Below are positions 1 through 9,785 of a stretch of DNA of 64,000 nucleotides, piece by piece. Location of the stretch: contig CAVQAH010000009.1 in NCBI GenBank assembly GCA_963710415.1, forward strand, positions 22,812-86,811, given 5' to 3'. This DNA comes from an uncultured Acidobacteriota bacterium. Lineage in GTDB: Bacteria > Acidobacteriota > Vicinamibacteria > Vicinamibacterales > 2-12-FULL-66-21. Position 1 is the stretch's first letter; each line of letters starts with the position of its first letter. The translations under genes and the position numbers were made by a program. The notes under the pieces were generated by a model. It saw only the letters and a list, made by a program, of their open reading frames with translations, had not been told where the DNA came from and did not search any database.

Positions 1-68
1 GTAGCTCGTGGCTCGAAGAGCCCGTCGCGAGCGACGTACGCTTTACGAGCTACGAGCCACGAACTACG
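1..68. repeat. Inverted array of ~7-nt units (CGTAGCT/CGTGGCT ... ACGAGCT/ACGAGCC), probably cut by the window edge
   Basis: Left arm gtagctc-gtggctc-gaagagc; right arm acgagct-acgagcc-acgaact is its reverse complement. Same family as 63318-63403. Confidence 0.75.
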
Positions 69-87
69 GCAAGGATCAGAAACATTC

Positions 88-116
88 TTGAACACGAGGC
101 AGTAATCAGCCACAAT
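88..116 (+). promoter_or_regulatory. Sigma70-type promoter, probably leaderless, for the ORF at 123
   Basis: TTGAAC (88-93), 17-nt spacer, CACAAT (111-116), 6 nt, then ATG; no clear Shine-Dalgarno. Confidence 0.55.
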
Positions 117-122
117 CGAAAG

Positions 123-377
123 ATGGGTGATTCCGGAGAAGGCCTGGTCGACGCCGAAGCGCGCATCCAGGAGCAGATCGAAGAGCGTGAGTCCGAACGC
201 CGTCGTCGCAACACTGCGCAGCCGGCGATGGATCCCGAGAAAATCCGTCAGATCGAGTCGCTGCGGCTGGCCCGCGCCGAGCTCGAGCGTCAGTCGGACG
301 TGACGACGCATCCGGTGCGGAAGCAGCAGATCAAGGCGGCCATCGCCGAGATCGACAAGCGCATCGCAGCAAACTAG
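123..377 (+). CDS. Small hypothetical coiled-coil protein (84 aa)
   Basis: Clean ORF with GC3-rich codons and charged helical composition, an upstream promoter match and a downstream hairpin. Confidence 0.8.
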   Translation: MGDSGEGLVDAEARIQEQIEERESERRRRNTAQPAMDPEKIRQIESLRLARAELERQSDVTTHPVRKQQIKAAIAEIDKRIAAN

Positions 378-435
378 GACTAGCGCGGCGCTTCAGCTCC
401 GCGTCATCGCGCAGCTAGAAGCTGCGCGCTGCAGT
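378..435. terminator. REP-like imperfect hairpin between convergent genes
   Basis: agcgcggcgcttcagct...agctagaagctgcgcgct imperfect inverted repeat between the stops at 377 and 438; no U-tract. Confidence 0.45.
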
Positions 436-437
436 GA

Positions 438-3395
438 TTATCCCAATCCCATCGACGCGCCCACCAGATGGCCGAAGGCCTCGGGCGACGAGGGGCGCCG
501 ATCCGGGTCGGGATCCAGTGCCGTACGGATCGCGCGTTCTGTGGCCGCGGGTACCTGCGCGCCTTTCATCGGCGGCACCCCGCGCGCCTGCGCGAGCACA
601 ACCTCGCCCAGCGAGCCGCGTCCGAACGGCAGCTCTCCAGTCAGCATCTCGTAGGCGATGACGCCGAGGCTGAACACGTCTGTCCTCGCGTCAGGGTGCG
701 CACCCTGAAACTGCTCAGGCGCCATGTAGGCGGGCGTTCCGATCAGCATGCCAGCCGCGGTGATGAAGGTGGGCGCCTCGCTCGGTTCGACAGTCGTGTC
801 GGCCGGTTCGTTCTCGATGACCTTGGCCACTCCGAAGTCCAGCACCTTCGCATCGACCGTGCCGCCCGGGAGCAGGATGTTTTCGGGCTTCAAGTCGCGA
901 TGGAGCACGCCTTCCCGGTGTGCCGCTTCGATTGCGGCGCAGACGGCCGTCAGAATCTTCAGCGCGCGCTGAGAGTCCAGCCGGCCTTCGCGCTGAAGAA
1001 CGCGCCGGAGATCCTCACCGCGCACGAGCTCCATCACGAGATAGGCTCCACCGTCCTGGAACGTTCCGTAATCGTAGACGGACACGATTGAAGGGTGTTG
1101 CAGCCTGGCGACGATCTGGGCCTCGCGCCGGAAGCGCTTGCGCGCCTCGACATCGCCCAGGAGCTCGGCCCGCACGACCTTGAGCGCAACCAGTCGATCG
1201 AGACGCATGTCGCGGGCCCGGTAGACGGCACCCATGCCGCCGCGGCCGAGCAATTGCTCGATCCGGTACTTCTTCTCGACGGTGCGCGGAACCGACGGCA
1301 CGGCCTTCATCGGCGAGCCGTCGGATGGGCAGGTGGTGACCTCGGACTCCTCGCACCGCCCACACCGTGGGCACTCCATCATCGGCGTCACGAGAGCCGT
1401 GAGGACCCGTGTCCGTTCGCTGTCGGGTTCAGCGCTCGTGCCGCTTTGCTGCCGCAATCGCGCGACGTCGAAGCCGAGTCCGATCTGCGTCGCGACGCTG
1501 GCCAGAAGCTGCACGGTCTTCTGCCGTGTAGGCCTCCTCCGAGCGTCGCTCTCCGAGCGCGATGATGGCGACGAGCGATCGGTCCTGACCGATGACCGGC
1601 ACCATCAGCACCGCGCCCGTGCGCTCGAGCCACTCGCGCTCCGACGGCGGCAGCCTGCGCGCCGGCGATCGCGGATCGTCGAGAAAAATCTCCAGCGGTT
1701 CATCAGACCACCGCAACATGGACACGAGCCCGCCCTCGATCGGCAGCGGCTCGGGCTTTTGCTGCAGCGCGGTCACCGGCGTCAGCTGACCGGCTTCCAC
1801 GCCGCTGACCAGAATCGCGATCATCTCCGGATGCAAGCGCCTCGTCGAGTTGAGCCACGACCATGTTCGCCAGGTCGGTGGGGTCGGTCTCGAACCGCAC
1901 ACGGCTCACCAGCGACAGCAGGATCTTGCGAGCGTCGTACTCCTCACGGAAGAACCGCTGATCGAGCCACTGCCGCGCGCGGTCGCGATAGACGAACGCA
2001 GCCACCGAGACCGCGATCAGGACGACGTAGAGGCCAGGGCTGCTGGTGGCGAGCTCGCCAATCGTTTTCTGACGATCGCTCACAAGCGAGACGAGCAGCC
2101 CGATAGCCGGCAGAACGGCCAGGAGCGTCAGGGTCCGGTTGGCCAAGGCGTACTGAAGGCTGCGGCGCAGCACCACACGGGGCCCGAGCACGCGCGCCAC
2201 GCCGACCGCGTAGACCAGCCCGAACGCCGGCAGCAGCACCATCGCCTGCAGCGCGATGTAAAGCGCCGGCGGAAAACGTGGAGACGCCCTGCCCATCAAG
2301 CGTCGCGACGATGGGCAGTCCCTCCTTGACGGCATAGGCGAGGATGCCCGGCACGCCGGTGTAGAGGGCCATGCGGATCCGGCGGCGCTCGTTGGCATCG
2401 TGGTTGAACCGATACCGGTAGATGCCTTCAATCACCGCCAGCACGTTGATGCCGAGCGCCGCGGCGAACGACGCGTAGAAGATTCCCGGGTGCGTCGCGT
2501 CCCACACGGCCATCGGCCTCATCGCCTCGACGCCGACCAGAAAGAGGCTGGTGCGAACGCCGGCAGGATCATGGGCGCGGCCGCGAGCAGCGGCACGGCG
2601 TGCAGCATCGGGTAGCGTCCGAGAAGGGGTGACCTCGTGGGGAAGTAGAAGATGGCGAGCGCGATCACCGGAAACGCGAACGGGCTGGCGAGCCATGAAA
2701 AGACCGTCAGCACCCAGCCGACCAGCGGAATCTGCCCTTCCGTGCCAAACAGCGGCCCTCCGCCGGCGACCGCGCTCAGCGCGAGCGCGAGCACGCACAG
2801 TCCCGCGGTCAGGTCGTAGCTGCGAAGCACGAACAGGATGAGCGCAGCCGCGGTGAAAACGATGAGCTGAACGATCATCCCCAGATGACGTCCCGCCCAC
2901 CCGTCGCTTTCCGTCGCCCATGCAGCCGGGCGGTCCAGCGTGACGGTCGTGGATCCAGCCGGTCGTTGGACGGTCCACTCGACGGGTCCGCTCACCCCGA
3001 GCCAATACAGGTCGCGCCAGACACCGATGCGGGCGCTGGGATCTGCCGCGCCGAACTTGACCTCAGCAGGACGGTCGACGTCGCCGCTCCGCGGTAATGC
3101 GATCGCCGGAGTTCAGGCCTGCGCTCGCCGCCGGACTGCCGGCGGCAATCTCGAGAACTTCGAGCGGCCGTGCAAGTTCCCCGCGCACGTCGGATGGCCG
3201 CGCCATGAGCGGGAGCTTGGCTGATGGATCGTCGGCAAGCCGCGCGCCTGTGCCGGCCGGCCACAGATATGGCCGCACGAATCCGGTCTGGAGGATGGCG
3301 TAGAAAACGGAGAGGACGAGAACGGCGATGATTCCCCACGCCGTTCGTGGCAGCTGTTCGAGCCTGGTGCGACCTGCCGGCGGAGGGGTGACCAT
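438..3395 (-). CDS. Membrane sensor Ser/Thr protein kinase (TM-PDZ-multi-TM-GAF-Zn ribbon-kinase), frameshifted in this assembly
   Basis: Joined fragments 3063-3395 (PDZ-like EIAAGSPAASAGLNSGDRI), 2519-2995 and 1703-2431 (TM helices), 1429-1902 (GAF-like LMVPV...LGERRSEEAYT) and 438-1514 (CPRCGRC..CPSDG, GRGGMG, VALK, HRDLKPEN, DFG, APE). Confidence 0.85.
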
Positions 3396-3439
3396 CCGCC
3401 GGTCATTGTAAATTGTCGGGACCTGGTTTGGCGGACCGT

Positions 3440-5237
3440 CTAGATTCTGGCCCCGGCTCGTTCCAGGACGTCCTTGATCTCGGCCGCTTCGAGCGATTCG
3501 TGCTGGAGCAGTTCCTCGGCCAGCAGTCGGACGGCCGCGGTGTTTTCATCGATGATCCGGCGCGCGCGGTCGTAGCCAGACATGATCACCTTGCGGATCT
3601 CGTCGTCCACACGCTGCGCCGTTGCCTCGCTGAGGACGTGTTGCTTGTCACCCTCGAAGGCATTGCCGGGTTTGCGGTAGGCGAGTGGTCCGAGGTCGGA
3701 CATCCCCCATTCGCAGACCATGTGCTGGGCGATATCGGTGGCGCGCTCGATGTCGTTGGAGGCGCCGCTCGTCATGTGCTGCATGAACAGTTCCTCGGCA
3801 ACGCGCCCGCCCATCAGGACCGCGACCTGGGTCTCGAGGAACTCTTTCGTGTAGGTGTGACGGTCCGCTTCGGGCAGCTGCATGGTGACGCCCATGGCGC
3901 GGCCACGCGGCACGATGGTGACCTTGTGAAGGGGGTCAGCCTTGGGCAGCAGCGCGGCAACGACCGCATGGCCGGCTTCGTGATAGGCGCAGTTGACCCG
4001 GTCCATTTCGCTGAGGACGATCGACCGGCGCTCGACGCCCATCAGCACCTTGTCGCGGGCCTCGTGGAGGTCGACGTTGGACACGGTATGTCTGCCGGCG
4101 CGCGCCGCCAGCAGCGCGGACTCGTTGACCAGATTCGCGAGGTCGGCGCCCGAAAAGCCCGGCGTTCCGCGGGCGATCGACCTGAAGTCCACGTCCGGCT
4201 CGACCTGCACCTTGCGCGTGTGCACGCGGAGGATCGCCTCGCGTCCTTTGAGATCCGGGTTGGTAACCATCACCTGGCGGTCGAACCGGCCCGGGCGGAG
4301 GAGGGCAGGGTCCAGGATGTCCTGGCGGTTGGTGGCCGCGATCACGACGATCCCGTAGTGCGATTCGAACCCGTCCATCTCGACGAGCAGCTGGTTCAGG
4401 GTCTGCTCGCGTTCCTCGTGGCTGAGGGAATTGCCGCCGCGGCTGCGGCCGACGGCGTCGAGCTCGTCGATGAAGACGATGCAGGAGCCGTGGCGGCGCG
4501 CGTCGCGGAACAGACGGCTGCACGCGGGACGCGCCAACGCCGGCGTACATTTCGACGAAATCAGATCCGCTGGCAAACAGAAACGGCACGCCCGCCTCGC
4601 CGGCGATCGAGCGGGCGAGCAGCGTCTTGCCGGTTCCCGGAGGGCCCACGAGGAGGACGCCCTTGGGAATCCGGCCGCCGATGGCCGAGAATCGCTGCGG
4701 CTCGCGGAGGAAATCGACGATCTCCTTGACCTCGTCCTTCGCTTCGTCGACGCCCGCCACGTCCTGGAAGGTGATGACGTTCGCGCCCCGTTCCGCGACC
4801 CGCGCACGCCCGGACATGGACGGAATGCGTCCGGCCGTCGTCCTATATACAGTGAAGCCGAGCAGCGCGAGGAACCCGGCCGCGGTCACGAGCGCGCTCC
4901 AGCTCAATGCTGCGGGATCCTGAGGCGCGGATACGTCGACGCGGATGTTCTTCCTGGCGAGGTCGGTGACGAACGTCGAGTTCGCGGCAAGAAAACTGGG
5001 AGGGGCGAACGTTTGAATCACTCGCCCGTTGCTGAACGACACGTAGAGCACGCCGGTGTCGAAGGTCACCTGCGTGACCGTTCCGGCCTCGACCTCCTTG
5101 AGGAAGTCGGAGAAGGCCATCGGCGGCTCGATCGGCGTTCGGTTCGCGAAATAGATTCCAGCGGGCGCCGCGGCAATCGCAATGATGGCGGCGATCAGGA
5201 GCAGGTAGCGAGGCTGACGAAATCGCGATAAATCCAC
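3440..5237 (-). CDS. ftsH: ATP-dependent zinc metalloprotease FtsH (one frameshift near 4520)
   Basis: Two TM helices, Walker A GPPGTGKT, pore motif FVEMY, Walker [25 protein letters not shown] and HEAGH zinc motif; likely GTG start at 5237. Confidence 0.95.
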
Positions 5238-5419
5238 AGTTCTCTTTCCGTTTCGCGTCTTGAGTCGACGCAGCCGGGCAGACCGGGGACAGGCAAGGGA
5301 AGATGCAGGCGGGCAGGGGAGCACGCGCCGAATGACATTTCACCTGACCTGAAACAGGCCTGGTCGGCAGATCTCTAGATTGAAAAAGGTCACTCCGCTG
5401 GGGATTGGAATGTGCTCAG

Positions 5420-5448
5420 ATTTTACACGACCGACGCGGCACTGTAAA
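5420..5448 (-). promoter_or_regulatory. Sigma70-type promoter for ftsH
   Basis: Minus strand TTTACA (5448-5443), 17-nt spacer, TAAAAT (5425-5420); both hexamers match consensus at 5/6. Confidence 0.6.
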
Positions 5449-5465
5449 CGGACGAGTGCGCATTT

Positions 5466-6243
5466 ATGCAATCAGTTCGACCGGCATCAGCTCAGCAATT
5501 CACACGAACGCACACGAATACGAACCGGATCTTTGCGTGGTTCGTCCATCTGTATACGGCGTCCGGGGTGGTCGCCGCATTTTTGGCCACGCTGGCGGTC
5601 ATCGACGGTCGCTATCGCGATGCGTTCATCTGGCTGGCGGCCTCGACGTTTCTCGACGCGACCGACGGCGTGCTGGCGCGGCTCGCGTCGGTCAAGGAGA
5701 CCCTGCCTGGTTTCGATGGAGCCCGGCTCGACGACATCGTTGATTACCTCACGTTCGTCTTCGTCCCGGTCTTGCTCTTGCACCAGGCAGGTGCGTTGCC
5801 TGCTGGATGGGGACTGGCGGTCGCGTGTGCGGTGCTCCTCAGCAGCGCCTACGGCTTCGCGTCACTCGATGCCAAGACCGCCGATCACTTTTTCACCGGC
5901 TTTCCGTCTTACTGGAACATCGTTGCGCTCTATCTCTTCGCGTTCAGGCTCTCACCGGCGGTCAACGGCATCGTCCTGGCGGCTTTCAGTGTCCTCGTCT
6001 TCGTGCGGATCGGCTACATCTACCCGTCGCGGACACCCACGCTTCGTGGACTCACCGTCGTCACTTGGCGCCATCTGGGCGGTGATGATGATCGCCGTCA
6101 TCTTCCTGCTGCCTGATGCGCCGCGCCTGCTCCTGACGGCGTCGCTCTTCTTTCCGATCTACTACACCATCCTGTCGCTCGTGTTGTGGCAGCGCCGCGA
6201 TCGCCGGCCGCAAGGGCCGCCGGGAGAAGGCGCGCTTCTGTGA
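5466..6243 (+). CDS. pcs: Phosphatidylcholine synthase-like CDP-alcohol phosphatidyltransferase (frameshift near 6065)
   Basis: VHLYTASG, DATDGVLAR...GARLDDIVDYLTFVFVP and KTADHFFTGFPSYWN motifs typical of the Pcs subfamily; hydrophobic C-terminus continues in the 5380-6243 frame. Confidence 0.75.
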
Positions 6244-8249
6244 TCGCCTGGAGCAACCGCTGGCGCGATCGGATCGCCGGGTTCATCTTTGCTGCGTTGA
6301 TCCTGATCACGGTGGTCAGCGTGACGTGGCTCGTGCGCCAGAGCTACGCCGTCTATCGCCTGACGCGTGGTGTCGGCGATACCTGGTTTCTCGCGGCGGA
6401 CGGCCGGCCCTGGTTCCGGCTCGATGAACACCGCCAGGACGTGGCACTCAGCCAGATCCCGCGACACCTCCAGAACGCCTTCATCGCGGTCGAGGATCAT
6501 CGTTTCTACCATCATCCCGGCGTGGATCCGATCGCGCTCGGCCGCGCCGTCATTCGCAACGTGCGCGAGCCCGGGACGGTCGAGGGCGGCAGCACGCTGA
6601 CGCAGCAGCTGGCGCGCACGCTCTTTCTGTCGAACAAGAAGACATACGGCCGCAAGGTGCGCGAGGCCGTTCTTGCCCTGCTCATCGACTCCCAGCTCTC
6701 AAAGGATCAGGTCCTCGAGCTGTACCTGAACCGGATCTATCTGAGCGCCGGCGTCTACGGTGTCGAGGCGATGTCGCGCAGCCTGTTCGGCAAGCCGGCC
6801 GCACGATTGACGCTGGCGGAAAGCGCCCTGATCGCCGGCCTGGCGCGGGCGCCCTCGGCGCTCTCGCCGTGGTCGAATCTCGACGGCGCGATCGCGCGCA
6901 GCCACGTCGTCCTCGGCCGCATGCGGCAGGAAGGGTTCATCACCGAGGCGCAGGAACGCGAGGCGAAGCGGGCAGACATCCGCATTCGGCCGTATCCAAG
7001 CACGACCGACTCCCGTGCAGGGTATGCGAAGGAATACCTGCGTCAGTTGTTTCGCGACCGCTTCGGCGGCGATCATCCTCCCGACTGGAAAGTCCGCACC
7101 ACGCTGGTGCCGGAACTGCAGGATGCCGCGGAACGCGCCGTCGCCGAAGGGTTGAAGCGTTTCGGTGATAACGGTCTTCAGGCGGCGCTGGTGGCGATCG
7201 ATCCGGGCACCGGGGATGTGCTGGCGGTTGTCGGAGGGCGCGACTTCGGTCAGTCACAGTTCAATCGCGCGACCCGCAGCCGCCGTCAGCCAGGCTCCGC
7301 ATTCAAGCCGCTGGTGTATGCCGCGGCGCTCGAACATGGCTACTCGCCGGTCTCGATGATCGACGGGCTCGAGCACATCGAGCCGCAGGGCCCGGACGAA
7401 TGGGCGCCGCGCAACGCGAGCGGCGAGGTCGCCGATGCGCTGACGCTGCGGGCGGCGTTGCTCGAATCGAACAACCGCGCGGCAACGGCGCTCCAGCAGC
7501 GGGTCGGGACGCGGCCCGTGCTCAGGCTGGCGTCGGACGTCGGTCTCGAGGACATGCCCGACGTGCCGTCGCTCTCGCTCGGGACCGGGCTGGTGACGCC
7601 GCTCGACCTGACGGCCGCCTTCGCGATCTTTCCCAACGGCGGCCTGGCCGTCACCCCGCGGGCCATCGCACGCGTGCTGGACGCCGATGGTGGCGTGGCG
7701 CTCGAGAATCCCGTTCGAACCGAGCGCGTCATTTCCCCGCAGACCGCGTTCCAGATGACCGAGATGCTGAGCGATGTCCTCGATCGCGGCACAGGCTCGG
7801 CCGCCCGGCGATGGGGCGTGACGTTTCCCGCCGGCGGCAAGACCGGGACGACGAATGACTTCAAGGACGCCTGGTTCGTCGGCTTCTCGTCGTCGGTCGT
7901 CGTCGGCGTGTGGGTGGGGTTCGATCAGCCGAAGACGATCGGCCGGGACGCGTATGGTTCGCGGTACGCGTTGCCGATCTGGTCGGACTTCATGCGCCGG
8001 TCAACACGAATCCGGCGTCCGCAGTCGTTCGAGATCCCGGACGGGCTGCAGGAAATGCAGCTGTGCCGAATCTCCTATCTTCGTCCGGTCGAGGGCTGCC
8101 CGATCTATACGGAGTACTTCAAGCCGGACGACAAGACGCCCGGGAGGCTGTGCACGCTGCACCAGGGCACCGTGAAGCAGCGCGTGCGGCGGGCGATGGA
8201 GGATTTCTTCAGTATTCTGGCCCGCAAAGTACGGGGCATCGTGCGCTAG
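6240..8249 (+). CDS. Class A (PBP1A-family) penicillin-binding protein
   Basis: Transglycosylase motifs EDHRFYHHPG and GGSTLTQQ; transpeptidase SAFK, SNN and KTGT; GTG start overlaps the pcs stop (GTGA). Confidence 0.95.
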   Translation: MIAWSNRWRDRIAGFIFAALILITVVSVTWLVRQSYAVYRLTRGVGDTWFLAADGRPWFRLDEHRQDVALSQIPRHLQNAFIAVEDHRFYHHPGVDPIALGRAVIRNVREPGTVEGGSTLTQQLARTLFLSNKKTYGRKVREAVLALLIDSQLSKDQVLELYLNRIYLSAGVYGVEAMSRSLFGKPAARLTLAESALIAGLARAPSALSPWSNLDGAIARSHVVLGRMRQEGFITEAQEREAKRADIRIRPYPSTTDSRAGYAKEYLRQLFRDRFGGDHPPDWKVRTTLVPELQDAAERAVAEGLKRFGDNGLQAALVAIDPGTGDVLAVVGGRDFGQSQFNRATRSRRQPGSAFKPLVYAAALEHGYSPVSMIDGLEHIEPQGPDEWAPRNASGEVADALTLRAALLESNNRAATALQQRVGTRPVLRLASDVGLEDMPDVPSLSLGTGLVTPLDLTAAFAIFPNGGLAVTPRAIARVLDADGGVALENPVRTERVISPQTAFQMTEMLSDVLDRGTGSAARRWGVTFPAGGKTGTTNDFKDAWFVGFSSSVVVGVWVGFDQPKTIGRDAYGSRYALPIWSDFMRRSTRIRRPQSFEIPDGLQEMQLCRISYLRPVEGCPIYTEYFKPDDKTPGRLCTLHQGTVKQRVRRAMEDFFSILARKVRGIVR

Positions 8250-8330
8250 GGTCGCGGATTGCTCTTCACGGGACGCGGATCTCACGGATCTCTTTCATTT
8301 CACGGGACGCGGATTCTCGCGGATCTCTTC
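8250..8330 (+). repeat. Left repeat arm (TCACGGGACGCGGAT x2 plus CGGATCTC subunits)
   Basis: Identical 15-mers at 8266-8280 and 8300-8314. Confidence 0.8.
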
Positions 8331-8396
8331 CTTGACAGGGCGCTGCAAAAAGGACCCTGGCTGACTCGGTTGACACGATCATCGGCTTTTGACGCC

Positions 8397-9145
8397 TCAG
8401 CTGCGCCACTCTCCCCTCAGGAAGCTCAGGGCCGTTGTGGCGAATCCTGAGGCGGCCTCTCCGAATACGGGGCCGTGGCCGGCGTTCGGCATGACCCACA
8501 GATGAGCTTGCGGGATGGCGTTGCGCAGCTCGAAGGCGAGAGAAACGGGGTAGAGCGGGTCGCGATCGCCAAAGACGATCAGCGTCTGCGCACTGATCGT
8601 CGAGAGATACGGCGGCGTGAAGCTCACGTCGTCGTAGCTGTCGGCCAACCTTCGAGTGATCGCGAGGAGTTGCTGGATCTGCGGCTCGCCGTGCTTGTGG
8701 CGCGCGCGCATGCGGTCATCTCTTCTTCACCGAGCATCGCCTCGGAGAACTGCCGCTGGATCTGCGCGCACCTGTGCCGGAAAGTAGGGCGGCGCGCTCA
8801 CGACAACCATCGCCTCGATCGAGGCCGGCAGCGCCGTGGCCATGTGCAGCAGCGTGATGCCCCCGCCGCTCAAGCCGATGGCCTTGACGCGGGTCAGGTT
8901 CAGGTGGCGCAGCAGCGCCTGAACGTCGTGCGCGCACTGCCGGAACGTGAACTCGCCCGATGGATTGGTTGACGCCCCATGCCCCGCAGATCAGGCGCGA
9001 TGACGCTGAAGCCGGCGGGCGGTTCGTCGAAGATGTATCGCCAGTCCGCGCCGGACCCGAGCAGTCCATGTAACCAGAGCAGCGGCTCGCCCTCGCCGGT
9101 TACCGTCCACTGCATCTCGATCCCGTTCACGTCGATGACCATCAC
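8397..9145 (-). CDS. Alpha/beta fold hydrolase (two or more frameshifts)
   Basis: PLLWLHG, VIAPDLRG, nucleophile elbow GLSGG (around 8860-8880), TLIVFGDRD and MPNAGH; GGAGG Shine-Dalgarno before GTG 9145. Confidence 0.85.
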
Positions 9146-9337
9146 GCCTCCCGTCTGACGTCGATGATGCGCGACGGCCGCCGCGAAAAACAGTCTGGTT
9201 CTTGGAATCTGATACGATCGAGATCTCTCCTCAAGTTTGATCCTGCCGTAGGTCCGTGGTTCGTCGTTCGTGTCTCGTCGACGATGAAGGGCGCTCTCAA
9301 AGGAATCAGCACCACCGTGTCCGTGTTCTGGCCAACC

Positions 9338-9448
9338 AGATCCGCGTTGATCCACGTCCCGTGAACGAGATCCCTGTGATCCGCGTCCCGTCAAAAGAGA
9401 TCCGCGTTGTTGATCCGCGTCCCGTGAGTCAAATCCGCGGTCACGGAT
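9338..9448 (-). repeat. Right repeat arm, reverse complement of the 8250-8330 units
   Basis: ATCCGCGTCCCGTGA perfect at 9413-9427, and with one mismatch at 9350-9364 and 9379-9393. Confidence 0.8.
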
Positions 9449-9512
9449 GAGCCGGCCCACTCCGATCCGCGACGCGGTACGGGTATGGCATAGCTAGAGC
9501 TCAGGAGGATCC

Positions 9513-9731
9513 GTGTTGAAGATTGTGGGGCTCATCCTGATCGTTCTCGGCATCGTGGCGCTCGCCTATGGCGGCATCAGTTACACCAGGCGCGAGAAAG
9601 TGGTAGACATCGGCCCAATCGAGGCCACTGCCGAGAGGCGCCATACCGTCCCGTTGCCACCCGTACTTGGGGGCCTGGCGCTGGCGGGCGGCGTCGTGCT
9701 GCTGATTTACGGCGCGAAAACCAAGGCCTGA
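9513..9731 (+). CDS. Small two-TM membrane protein (DUF3185-like)
   Basis: AGGAGG Shine-Dalgarno; TM - GGISYTRREKVVDIGPIEA - PLPPVLG - TM pattern. Confidence 0.85.
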   Translation: MLKIVGLILIVLGIVALAYGGISYTRREKVVDIGPIEATAERRHTVPLPPVLGGLALAGGVVLLIYGAKTKA

Positions 9732-9785
9732 CCGTCAGGAGCAGGTGTCTGCGCCGCCGGCCGCCTTGGGCCATAATTGGCGCAG

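Noticed and set aside
3413-4729. Long antisense ORFs (for example 3413-4729, 9735-11360, 17030-18331, 25548-26954, 57990-59912, 60439-61965)
   Set aside because: These are shadow ORFs opposite well-supported genes, expected from high GC3 codon bias, and show no recognisable motifs.
9486-9500. Sigma54-like TGGCAT-N5-GAGC upstream of the DUF3185-like gene
   Set aside because: The -12 context is poor, and the predicted TSS would fall downstream of the strong AGGAGG Shine-Dalgarno.
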